A stretch of DNA of 64,000 nt from Octopus sinensis (Eukaryota). Position 1 is the stretch's first letter. Each line of letters begins with the position of its first letter. The notes beneath the pieces are model-generated. The model had not been told where the DNA came from and searched no databases. It saw nothing but the letters and a program-made list of their open reading frames with translations. Positions 9,827-21,250 of the stretch are shown here, one piece after another. A program made the translations under genes and the position numbers. The stretch spans positions 91,698,001-91,762,000 of the forward strand of contig NC_042997.1 of assembly GCF_006345805.1 (NCBI RefSeq), in the 5' to 3' direction.

Positions 9827-11939
9827 TTTAGGATCACAAGGAAGAAAGAACTGTTTGAACATTAATTTCGCCGAAGAAATATCCTCAGATTTGTCAGAGA
9901 AATAAAATGCGATTGTGTGATGTTTATGCATTTTTCAGCTAATTAGAGACGTAAATCGCGCTCAATCTTGCTTGATACTTGACTCAAGGTGATGACTTGT
10001 CGTTATGCAAAAATGTCTTCCACTTTGGACATTTCTATAATATTGCCTATGAATCTAGGTTTGTAGACGCGGGATCTCAACCTCTAAAATTACTTTGCTC
10101 TGATAGCAAATACTTTGCAGAATTCACTCCTCATACCGTTGCAAATGAGCGAAGCGGGGAAAGATTTGGTAAAATAAAGGAAAAATAAATGTAAAATTAG
10201 ACATTCTTTATTCCTGTACCACTGAAAGCCATCGCTCACGTATCCAGGAAAGGAGCGGTCTCTTAGATATTGGCTCACCTTTATTAGTCTTTTAAAGTTA
10301 TGGTCGGAAGAAGAGAAATAGCTACTTGTAGGTTGATGGTTACAGAAAATATTTGGGCTTCTGGAGGGCTAATTTATTTCTGAGAAGGAAGAATTGAGCA
10401 AAGGATTTAGTGTGGGGGATCTAGTGAACTAAACATAGATGTTGCTTGCTAGTTCAGAGAAGCAGAAGCTCTTGTAGTTGAGGTAGGAAAAAGAAAGAAG
10501 CTAATTGTAGTCAGAGCTGTTTTTAAGTACTCATGGGCCCAAGTGCTGTACAGAAAAAATAACGGTTCACCATCGCTTTTGAAATATTATGAAATTATAT
10601 CATTCATGGGCCTCCTGGATCCGGGTGCTGTTGTATCTATTGCCCTTAAGCTGGCTTTGATTGTTACATGTTGGTGAATTATCCTTTGGTAGTCTGCCAT
10701 ATTCTTCTGGATGTATTCTAGGATGTGTGTGTCGTTGTAATACCTCAGATATGGAGGCAGTATTCGAATGTAGATCTTATATATGAATGCACGTAGCCTA
10801 GTAGTAGGCTCTTAGATTCAGGATCGTTAGATCATAGGTTCTGATTTCCGAAGTGGGCAGCACATTACGTCCTTCCGCAAGGCACTTCATTTTACGTTGC
10901 TCCTTCCCATTCAGCTAAAAACGAGATCTCTCTGCTACAGAGTAGTAGCACCTCTCAGATAATTAACTCCAAATCTTGTAATTACAAGATATCAACAATC
11001 TTTGATGTCTACGACACTCTGAATGATGATGCTGATGATGATGATGATGATGATGATGATAACGACAACGTTGACGATGATGATGTCTTGAGCTTTGTAG
11101 AATGTCAACTGACCAAAGATAAAATTTATTCTAGGTCCGATGAAGGAGCGTAATTAATTGCAATTTTAATTTTAGTTATGTTATTTAAAGGATATGAAAA
11201 GATCATTAGAATCTGAAGCTAATAGCTTGTGACTAATGAATAAAGAAAACACACACAGACAAAATATTCTCTAGCAACAAGGCTTTGAAGTTACGTGTGT
11301 GTATCTGCGCGCGCGTGTGTATACACAGAGTTTCCTTCTCAAATTTGACATTATCAGTTTCAGTCTCGTTTATGTCAATCCCAAATTCATTATCACCAGC
11401 CTCAATTTCGTTATCGGCTGTCTCAATTACGCTGAGTTCTATTTCGTTATCGTCACTGTAGGGTGGAGCGAATTTTTTTATGAACTGACATTGATGTTTC
11501 GTGTGAATCAACATACTCGTCAGCACAGATATTGCAATATGCGATGTCTTCTCATCGTACGTCTGACTGCACATGCAATCACATAATGGGGGTGTTGGTA
11601 GTAACATTTCCTCCGGAAAATGAACGTACGGGTTCTTCACATGTTTCACATCTATATTTAATGCTTTTAAACATATAAAGTGGCCAAGTTGAAAGGAACT
11701 ATGATACATAAAATATCATGGCTTATATATATATATATGATGCAGCACGGACTTTGTCAGTGAACAGGTCGCGGATTTTAGCGACGAAAATATTTTGACA
11801 AATTAAACTTAAATGTTGGAGTGAATCGAACGGCTTTTGTGTGTTTCTTAAATGGCTTATAAACACCTTCCACGCTGCAATTGTTTTCGTTTCAGCACAC
11901 GATCTCAGATCAAATTACTTGCTATGCGAGTACATCTCC

Positions 11940-11940
11940 G

Positions 11941-11998
<58 letters not shown>

Positions 11999-12790
11999 TT
12001 GTACACACACGCACATGTATACATACATTCACTCGCACGCACGTACACACACACGCCCACACACACACATTTACATATATATACAATACACGCACACACA
12101 CATATACACGTACAAACACACACAAATTCACATACACACCGATACATATACATACACACAATATATACCTACACGCGCACGCATACATACACATACGTAC
12201 ACACATATAGGCACATACACACACACACACACTACACACACAAAAACATGCGTACACATACGCGCGCACACACGCACACCAATGCACACACTCAAAACTC
12301 ACAAACCCCACGGATACACGCATATACATCCATATACGCTTACACACTCACACATACAAACGCACACATACACGCACACACAGCTACACGCACATACATA
12401 CACACACACACACAAATGAACCCACACATTCGTCCCATACACACGGTACACAATTATACATACACGCACACAATTATACATACATATATATATACACACA
12501 CATGCACGTACAAGCACACACGCACACATACACTAACTTAAGCACAGTTATTCGCCACACACCCAAACCCTACGCATACACACACGAACACACACATACA
12601 CACACACACACTACAAACAAAACACACACACGATATATATACATACACGCACACACATACTTCTTTGTTCTGACCTGTGGCTGGGACACAAAAAAACACC
12701 ACTCCTTATTCTTACAAACTGGCCAGCTACTAGCCTGTTGTTTGCAGCCAGAACCATACACACATACACACACACGCACACACACACTTG
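11940..12790. repeat. Long (TA)n plus degenerate CA-rich microsatellite field; similar fields at about 1-335, 5010-5350, 14680-15010, 30140-30820, 33541-33870, 54270-54340, 55065-55195, 57370-58075, 58595-58990
   Basis: Directly visible dinucleotide and tetranucleotide repeats. They account for most ORFs in the supplied track. Confidence 0.95.
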
Positions 12791-13094
12791 TTTCAGTCAT
12801 TGGTCTGCAACTAGGCTAGGGTACCTAGCGTGTAGTCGAGGAAATCGATCCCAATACATTTTGAAGTCTGATACTTACTGTATTGGTCTCTTTTGCCGAA
12901 CCGCTGTGCTTTGGGAACATAAAGAAACCAATACCAATTGTGAAGTAGGAGACAAACACAAATTCAAAGACACCCGCGTAGATACTACATACAAACACAC
13001 ACACATACATACACACACACACGCACATTCAGTTGAAATTTACAGAAAAACAAAAGACGAAGACAGGTGTATAAACAACAAGCAGGTGTATTAG

Positions 13095-14068
13095 TCTGAC
13101 GCTCGAAAACAACTCACTCTGATCGTTTTGATAAGATCCAGGCCATGATTGACAATGACCCAGGCCATGATTAACAAGTCAATCAGGACCATCGCCAGGG
13201 ACTTAGGAGTGTCTGAGTTTCTTAATAGGCAGGTAGTGCATGAAAACATTCGGTGTTCTTCATACAAGATGAGAAAGGGCCAATTTTTATCCCAAGCCAT
13301 CAACGACAAGAGAAAAGACCGTGCTACGAAGCTTTTGAACAAACTCAAACATCCACTCCAACCGAACATACTTTGGTTTTTCTCAGACGAGAAAAATTTC
13401 TGCCAGGATCAGATGGTGAACACACAGAACAACCGTTGGCTTACCGCGTCCCCAAAACATGTACCGGGGGTGATAAAAATCAAACATCAAGTCAACATCA
13501 TGGTGTTTGGAGTGGTCACTAGTGATGGCGACGTTATGCCTCCATTCATCTTCTCACATTTCCTCAGACTCAACACGGAGGCCTTCATCAAGTGCCTGTG
13601 GAGGTAGTGCTGTCCTGAGTCAAGAGGGCTGCCACTGGAAGACCCTATCTCTGGCAACAGGACTCTGCACCATGCCACACAAGCAGAAGAACCTAGTCAT
13701 GGCTGTCAGACAATTTCTGCGACGACATCACCCCAACCATCTTGCTACCTAACTTCCCAGACTGTAGCCCCCTTGATTATTATATACGGGGTGCAGTTGA
13801 GCGAGAGACATACAAAACTCCTTGCAACACCAAAGATGAACTGAAGGCAAGGATTATGACACCATTCACCAACTTAAACAAGAAGACCGTCCAGAAGAGT
13901 TACAGGAGATTCTGAAGTCGCCTGGAGGTCATGGTTGAAGCCAATGGCGATTTTACCCTTTAGTATTTCAAGATATTTTAATGTAATTATGGTAAATATA
14001 TCTGTTAAAATAAGACGTCTGTGTTATTTTCATTTTTGCGTAATTTAGACAATTTATTGGCTGCACCC

Positions 14069-14070
<2 letters not shown>
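13095..14070 (+). mobile_element. Tc1/mariner-superfamily transposon remnant, DD37D (maT) type, 5' truncated
   Basis: Translates as FSDEKNF...QQDSAPCH...PDCSPLDY, with 37 residues between the second and third Asp and in-frame stops. A TIR-like end AATTTATTGGCTGCACCCTG lies at about 14050-14070. Confidence 0.85.
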
Positions 14071-14105
<35 letters not shown>

Positions 14106-14688
14106 ATGTATGTGTATGTATGTATGTATGTATGTATGTATGTATGCATGTATGTAGTTGAGTCTTGTTGTGTATAAACAACTAGTTCATACACAACCAG
14201 ACTCAACAACACTATCTGAGCATGATTTTATCTTTCATAAGAATATTATGTATATCCGAATATGTTATGCGACATTCACTCCGTCTAGTCTTCTGTAGCA
14301 ATATAATATTTTTCTGATGTATTTTTTTATGTATTATTTTTTCTCACTGAGGAGAACAGTAATATGTAATTAATTTAATTATTATTAAATTAATTTCTAA
14401 TTTTTTTACCATGTTATTTACAATGTTAATATTACCGTTCAAAACGATCGTATGCACGGATTAAATTCTTTTTAAACTTTTAACACCTTTTCTTCTCCAT
14501 CTTTTAATTGTTTGCTGAGTTTCTATAGAATATGTGTTCTATAAATGCTCATAACACACCTTATACTTGTAGCATTTTCATATTCGAAAAATTCTTACAA
14601 CATGTAATATGAAGAATCTTTATTAGAAATTCGACCTTTGGAACACCCCAAGTAAAGTATGAAATAGAACTCAATCTTTTCTCATATA

Positions 14689-14833
<145 letters not shown>

Positions 14834-14841
14834 TATACACA

Positions 14842-14952
<111 letters not shown>

Positions 14953-14961
14953 TATATATAT

Positions 14962-15009
<48 letters not shown>

Positions 15010-15028
15010 TGGAGAGGGAGGTACTTAC

Positions 15029-15139
15029 CCTAGACCGAGTATACTCATAGCCGTCTGGGTTAAGAATGGGTATGAAGTACCAGTTGAAGTTACTCAGCAT
15101 ATTTTTATTGTCCTTACTGTTTTCCGGATTGATGGCCAA
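15029..15139 (-). CDS. M14A carboxypeptidase exon F: [37 protein letters not shown]
   Basis: Acceptor ctctgttgcag|TTG and donor AGG|gtaagt. 111 nt. Contains the PxxNPDGYEY motif. Confidence 0.95.
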
Positions 15140-15454
15140 CTGCAACAGAGCAAAAGCAAAGAGTGATTTAGTGCAGAAGGCAATTTAATTATATAATAAG
15201 GATTAGGAAGGAGTCGGTTTGAATTAACGATTTGGTTGCATAAACATGAAACTTTATATTTATTACAGAAATTACAGAATTTTATATATGAAATAAATAA
15301 GACATCAAATTTCTGAACAGAAACAAAAAAGGAAAACCTTGAAATTTAGATTCTATCTATTAGAGAAACTAATTACATGATTTTGAATTTTACATCAAAG
15401 TGTGTAATGTTTTGGATTAAAAAAAAATAATTTCACTCTACTTTATCATCATCA

Positions 15455-15487
<33 letters not shown>

Positions 15488-15742
15488 TATTATTATTATT
15501 ATTATTATTATTAAGGCAATTAGCTGGCAGAATCGTTAGCACACCGAGTAAGATGATTAGCGGCATTTAGTCCGTTTCTACGTTCTGAGTTCAAATTCTG
15601 CTGAAATCGACTTTGCCTTTCATTCTTTCAGAGCCGATAAATTAAGTAGCAGTGTAACACTGGCGTCGATGTAATCGACTAGTCCCCTCCCCGCCAAAAT
15701 TTGAGGCCTTGTGCCTCCAGTAGAAATTATTATTATTATTAC

Positions 15743-15775
<33 letters not shown>

Positions 15776-15776
<1 letters not shown>

Positions 15777-16050
15777 TCTTTTTATCACAGGTTTTGTTGG
15801 AGCTCCTGGAGTTTTGCATGCGCCGCGAGCATACTACGGTACCATGCTATCCGTTCTTTTCAGCTATCTAATACTTTCCTGATTATTCTGGCCATACCAA
15901 AGAGGCAAACCTTTTGTAACAGTTCTACTGGGCACCCTATTCCAATTTCCTTTATATTCTCCTTGATGCCTTCTGATACTTTCCCCAAGGCTCCAACAAT
16001 AATTGGCACTATCTTCCCTTTCTTCATTTTCCATAGCCGGGCTATTTCGT
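15776..16050 (-). mobile_element. R4/Dong-like (restriction-like endonuclease) non-LTR retrotransposon 3' end with (AAT)n tail
   Basis: Translates as EIARLWKMKKGKIVPIIVGALGKVSEGIKENIKEIGIG...LQKVCLFGMARIIRKVLDS*, the typical C-terminus of this group, followed by (AAT)n. Confidence 0.7.
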
Positions 16051-16060
16051 AATAATAATA

Positions 16061-16557
16061 AGTGTTATCATGTACATTGTTTTGTCTTGGTATAAAAGAT
16101 GGGCTACAGCAAATATTCTGCTCAATACCACAGATTTGCTTGTCAGTTGTTTGACCTTAACCAGTTGAGCATGTCTCGTAGTGGCTGACGATGTGTGCAT
16201 CTCTGATCACGAGCAGAAGTAGTGGGGGAGCAACATAGCCATGTGCTGAGAGGGATTGTTTGGGGTTTGAATTATTCACATGTGGAAACATGGGTGCTTC
16301 GTTCAATATCCTTAAACAACACTTATTCATGGACCTTTTGAGCGGGATGGATTACTCAACCAGAAGAACAGTCTAACTAGGCCCCACCTGCAAGGTCATG
16401 TGCTTTTATCTTGATATCAGATCGCCATGTCGAGCACATATGGTTGTGATGCATGTGCCTAGTGTACCCTTATCAGACGGGTAGTCATGATGGGTATACT
16501 GGGCTTCGTATGTTTTACCCCAGTGTCACTTTGATGGCATGCACTGCTCTCTCACTC
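16061..16557 (+). mobile_element. ~500-bp non-coding interspersed repeat ending in (AAT)n
   Basis: A second, truncated copy lies on the opposite strand at 60268-60604. Both are flanked by AAT/ATT microsatellite. Confidence 0.7.
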
Positions 16558-16572
16558 AATAATAATAATAAT

Positions 16573-16656
<84 letters not shown>

Positions 16657-17826
16657 TATTATTATTGAATTGCGGCGAGCTGGCTGAATCGCTACCGCGC
16701 CGGGTAAAATGCTTAGTGGTAGTTCGTCTGTCTTTACGTTCTGAGTTCAAATTCCGCCGAGGGCAACTTAGCCTTTCAACCTCCTTAGCCTTTCAACCTC
16801 TCAGCGTCGATAAAATAAGTACTAGCTGAACACTGGGATCGATGTAATCGACTTATCCCCTCCTCCAAACTTACTGGCCTTGTGCCAAAATTTGAAATCA
16901 TTATTACTGTTGTTAAGTGCAGGACGGCGGATTGCAGCAAAGGTAGACAACTTCCCCTAAAATTTCTTCTAGTGTATATTATTTCTTAGATTTTGAGTTC
17001 AAATCCCAATGGTCTCGACATTTTTCTTTTATCCATAAAATAAGTAACAATCAAGTATTGGTCTTGATTTCACCATCTGTTTCTTCTCTTTCCTAACTCA
17101 GCAAAAATAGGTGGATCCTATCCATTTTGATCATAATTGTTGTCCTAGTTTATCAAATATTAGTTTAATCAAGAACAACCCAACTGTAACATTTTTGCCC
17201 TGCAACTAGTCGAGTGAATGGTGTATTGCATCTAATTATAGGTGCTGCGTCATGTTAGATGCTAAGCTACTCAGTTCTCAACGATTAGATCTCGTTAGTT
17301 CTCAGTTGATACCCTAGAGACATAATGTATGTGGCAGCACTGCTATGAAATCAACAAGTTAGGTTTAACCTTTTAACATATACATTTTATTTCAATTTTC
17401 ATGAAAAAGAATATATTTTTTTATTATTTAATTTGAATTTGTATATAAGGAAGAATAAGTACACAAATTATTTTGGATCAGTTATGATCTATTATGAAGT
17501 TACTGATAGTTACTGATAGTTAATAATAGAAAACGGGATTAATATGATGAACGAAGTATTTCGGGTTAGAAATAAGTGACAGATACGTTAGAGGACAGTG
17601 AACGTATATTTTCGTTCAAATATATATTTACTAAATATCTCTGAACGAAAATATACAGGATAATATAATAAGTTACTTTTTCTATCCGAAAAAATTACCT
17701 GCAACAAGCTAGCATCCTATCCAAGATAATTAACATTACGTAAATCAGCTATAAACATTTGCTTAAGAGGTTAGATTACACGAAAAGGATACCTAAATTC
17801 ATTTCTTATATTCTAGGTGGGACATT

Positions 17827-18250
17827 GGATCTTTTCGGTTTGAACGGCAGTTTTTTCTAACGGTGTCATATAAAATTGTCACCCATAATTATGACCCTAG
17901 TATCGATCTATTGCATTTCAATCTGTTTTAGAGTTAGGGTTAGGGTTAGGGGTGGGGGAAGGGTATCTTTTTTCTTCGGAAATGTAAATAAACCTAATCT
18001 GTTTCTTAAACGAGGGACATATTCATACGGCACAGAATGTTTTTTTTTACCTCAATAGACGTCAGTGATTGGTTGAAATTGCAGAAATTGAAGAAAAAAA
18101 CAACAAATATCTTACAAACTATAGAATTTTCTCAATAAAGCCAAGAGAAAAAGACGTTTTATAAACACATTCTACCAGTATACGAAGTTTAAAAGTGTTC
18201 AGTTACGTGGAAATTATTTTAAAAAACTGCCGTTCAAACCGAAAAGATCC
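17827..18250. mobile_element. MITE, 424 bp, ~30-bp TIRs (GGATCTTTTCGGTTTGAACGGCAGTTTTTT) and 8-bp TSD GGGACATT; Merlin- or hAT-like
   Basis: TIRs at 17827-17856 and 18221-18250. TSD at 17819-17826 and 18251-18258. Confidence 0.9.
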
Positions 18251-19110
18251 GGGACATTTGTCACCTAGATTATATCACGCCACCCTCAAAAGCTTTGAAT
18301 ATATTCCTAAACCTTTGAGTATAATATTCTTAAATTACAGCTTCTGATGCTTGAAATGCAGAAAAGTGTATGTAAAACACATTTTAAGAAAAATGCATGT
18401 TTATTATTGTTGACTAAGACGTGTGACTCTATTCACTTTTTTTCAACACTTTCTTCAAATCCCACCTAAAAAAAAAAAAGAAGGAAAAAAAACCCTAAAG
18501 ATTTCTGTTCTCCCAACCACTATTAGGTCGAACGTTTGAAATATTTTTGCCACGAAAGTATCTAAGCAAGCGAAAATCTGGAAAAAATTAATTTATATCA
18601 TTGTTAGGAATTATGACTCAAATATGCTGCACGAGAAAGCAAATAAAAAGGTAACTGTCATGAAATCGGATGTTATTGAAAGATAACAATATGAAATCGA
18701 GGCTTTTCTTTCTCAGTAGTGTTATTAGTGTTTCCCGTTTGCAGTAGATACTTTACTATTTGCTGCACACATGCCCAGAAAAACCGGCTGAAGATCTCTT
18801 AGATGAGAACTTACAATCCACAACAGATTTCACTTAAAACGCAATATCTCAAAAGCTTGAGAAACACCAAAGTTATTAGGCAGAAAAATGTGAGTTTTTT
18901 TTGTTTCTTATTAATTATTTTAGCAACGTAGTTTTAGCTGGAAATGAAATAGATGATTTCGTGTGATTTTCTTCTGATGACCCAAGACAAGTTACTGTTG
19001 GTATAAGCTCAAGACACAGCTCTTTTAATAAATTTATCAGGCCAATATTCCCAGCTCGTCAATAATCCCTACCTGGTCAATAGCGGAAAATAATCAATAC
19101 TACTACTTAC

Positions 19111-19215
19111 CTGATTAATAAAATGCAGGATAACTGAAATCGAAACCCATTCTCGACCATGCATACCAGCGTCAATAAGAATTCCCATCCTTTGACTCCG
19201 CTTTTTATACGATAG
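19111..19215 (-). CDS. M14A carboxypeptidase exon E: LSYKKRSQRMGILIDAGMHGREWVSISVILHFINQ (zinc ligands His69/Glu72 equivalents)
   Basis: Acceptor ctgttttag|CTA and donor CAG|gtaagt. 105 nt. Contains the DxGxHxREW motif. Confidence 0.95.
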
Positions 19216-19589
19216 CTAAAACAGAACAAATACATAGATATTTTAGAGAAGTTTACATCCGATGATCAACAAATAATAGAAGATTCATCTTCGTCTTTTA
19301 CATCCGAAACATAACCAAATAATCAAGTTCCTGCGACAATAATTGCAGTTTTTAACCATTAAAGTGATAACTAAAGCAATAATTCTCCACCGAGAACAAA
19401 TTTTATTAATCGAAATTATAGCTATTAGACGCTATATATGAAATTACGATGCATGTAAACAAAGTTTGCTTTTTTAGAAGGGTTGAGATGTATTGAAGTA
19501 TACAGATATAGAAATATTTTACTCTCAAACGCATAATAATAATACTGAATAGCATCGAACATCCTTATATTGCAGAAAAAGTTGTTAGC

Positions 19590-19662
19590 AGCCAGCCATG
19601 AGACTCGAACTCACATCCCCGTGATTACCGGTCATAGTGCTTTACCTTTAAGCTAAAATGTC
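19590..19662 (-). tRNA. tRNA-like sequence (Thr/Lys-type cloverleaf, anticodon position reads GGT), probably a pseudogene or SINE head
   Basis: 73 nt. A box TAGCTTAAAGG and B box GTTCGAGTC. D stem GCTT/AAGC and T stem GTGAG/CTCAT. Acceptor stem imperfect, C at position 33, T5 run about 10 nt downstream. Confidence 0.6.
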
Positions 19663-20084
19663 TACAAACAAATTCTGTAAATTTTTTAACTTAAAAATCC
19701 AGCTTTTTATAGACGCTATATGTGAAATTATGATGTATGTAAACAAAGTTTGCTTTTTTAGAAGGATTGAGGTGTATTGAAACATACAGATATGGAAATA
19801 TTTTACTCTCAAACGCATAGTAATAATGCTGAATGGCATAAAAAGGATAGAACATCCTTATATTGCAGAATAATTTGTTAGCACTATGACCGATAATCAC
19901 AGAGATGTGAGTTCGAGTCTCACGGCTGGCTGCTAACAAATTTTTCGGTAATATAAGGATGTTCTATCCTATTTATGCTATTCAGTATTATTATTATGCA
20001 TTTCACATATAGCGTAATTTCACATACAACGTCTATAAAAAGCTATATTTACAAGTTAAAAAATTGCAGAAGAATTTGCTTGTA

Positions 20085-20157
20085 GACAGTTTAGCTAAAA
20101 GGTAAAGCACTATGACCGGTAATCACAAGGATGTGAGTTCGAGTCTCATGGCTGGCT
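20085..20157 (+). tRNA. tRNA-like sequence, second full copy (a 3' partial copy lies at 19881-19931)
   Basis: GACAGTTTAGCTAAAAGGTAAAGCACTATGACCGGTAATCACAAGGATGTGAGTTCGAGTCTCATGGCTGGCT followed by TTTTT. Confidence 0.6.
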
Positions 20158-20479
20158 TCTAACAAATTTTTCTGTAATATAAGGATATTCGATGCTATTC
20201 AGTATTTTGAGAGTAAAATATTTCCATATCTGTAAATAACCATGAGGGTCTTCCCATTACTGCCAACAAGAAACCAATTTCTCGGGATAGAATAAAATTC
20301 TGGAGTTTTGAATGTGCTTTTATTTCCTGTTCGGTTGTTGAAAACTTTTTGCGGGAAGTTATAGAGATACTTCAAAACAGTGGTAGTTGGTGGGAGAAAA
20401 CTAAGTAGCGTAATTTTATAGCCTAGTATGTCCGATTTTTAAAGATCATTTGCAAGATGTTCAGTCGTTATTATTGAGA

Positions 20480-21250
20480 AAAATTGGATCTTTTTTATTA
20501 ACCAATACTGGACGTAGTGCATTTCCAGGCAATGTTATTCTACTAAGGTGGTTTTGCTAAGATTGAAGAACTAGTAGTAGATGATTCCGCTACCTGGCAA
20601 CCAAACAGTAACTGCAACATTCTGTTGGTGTAGCTTTGGTCTGGGAAAATGTTTTGATGCTTAACCTCGATCCAGCCTCTGCGTTAGACCGTCTGTTGCT
20701 ATACAGAATTAATTTTTCACCAGATGTCATAATGCGATCAGAAATGGATAATTTTTGTTGCACAAAAGAAGCGAAAAGCAAACTTTGTCATGGCGATTTA
20801 GAAAAAACAAATTTAAAAAAAAACTTTTGTTCAGCTCGTGCGGCCTTTGATTTTCGAGCCTTTTTGCCTTTATGATATGGGGAAAATAACTAACTGCTGA
20901 AAGTTCAACATTTAATTATTTTTGCAACTTTTTGAATTCTTTCGTGTGAATCTGGTCGCGTATGTAGCCAGTGATGACTCGATAAGTTCGACCGGGCCTC
21001 TACTGGAAATATAATTATTGTTTAGTCTTTTTAAAAATGTCTTTTTTTTTTCCCAAGAAATTAGACAGCTAATGATTGATCTATTTTAATTGTTTGTGAT
21101 CTCCAGATCAAATGCTTGGTTGATGTTTCGAGCAGTTTCCGCTATTGTGCGGATTCTATTTTGTTTCCGCTGTCGTATGAATTCTGTTTTGAAGTTATGC
21201 AATAAAATCGCTCGATATTGCTTTATTCCATCTTTAATTTCATAGCTTAA
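20480..21250 (-). mobile_element. Degraded mariner transposase remnant
   Basis: Fragments QYRAILLHNFK..AETARNINQAF (N-terminus) and DRIMTSGEKLILYSNRR (degenerate IVTGDEKW motif). Confidence 0.6.

Larger units (their letters stand above)
19425..20233. repeat. Tandem ~284-bp unit containing a tRNA-like gene, with an internal inversion at 19881-19883
   Basis: AGACGCTATA recurs at 19427 and 19711. The left arm is antisense and the right arm sense to the tRNA-like motif. Junction microhomology is GCA. Confidence 0.8.

Noticed and set aside
9851-9895. Minus-strand CTGAGGA...TTCG...GAAA
   Set aside because: Stems I and II do not pair and there is no NUH triplet in register.
17930-17960. TTAGGG repeats here and at about 22830-22910 as interstitial telomere
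   Set aside because: Only 3-4 units or degenerate, and the first set lies inside a MITE. Not evidence of a chromosome fusion.
19425-20233. Hammerhead in the tRNA-containing unit (CTGAATAGCATCGAAC)
   Set aside because: The core does not match CUGANGA...GAAA in any copy and no stems form.
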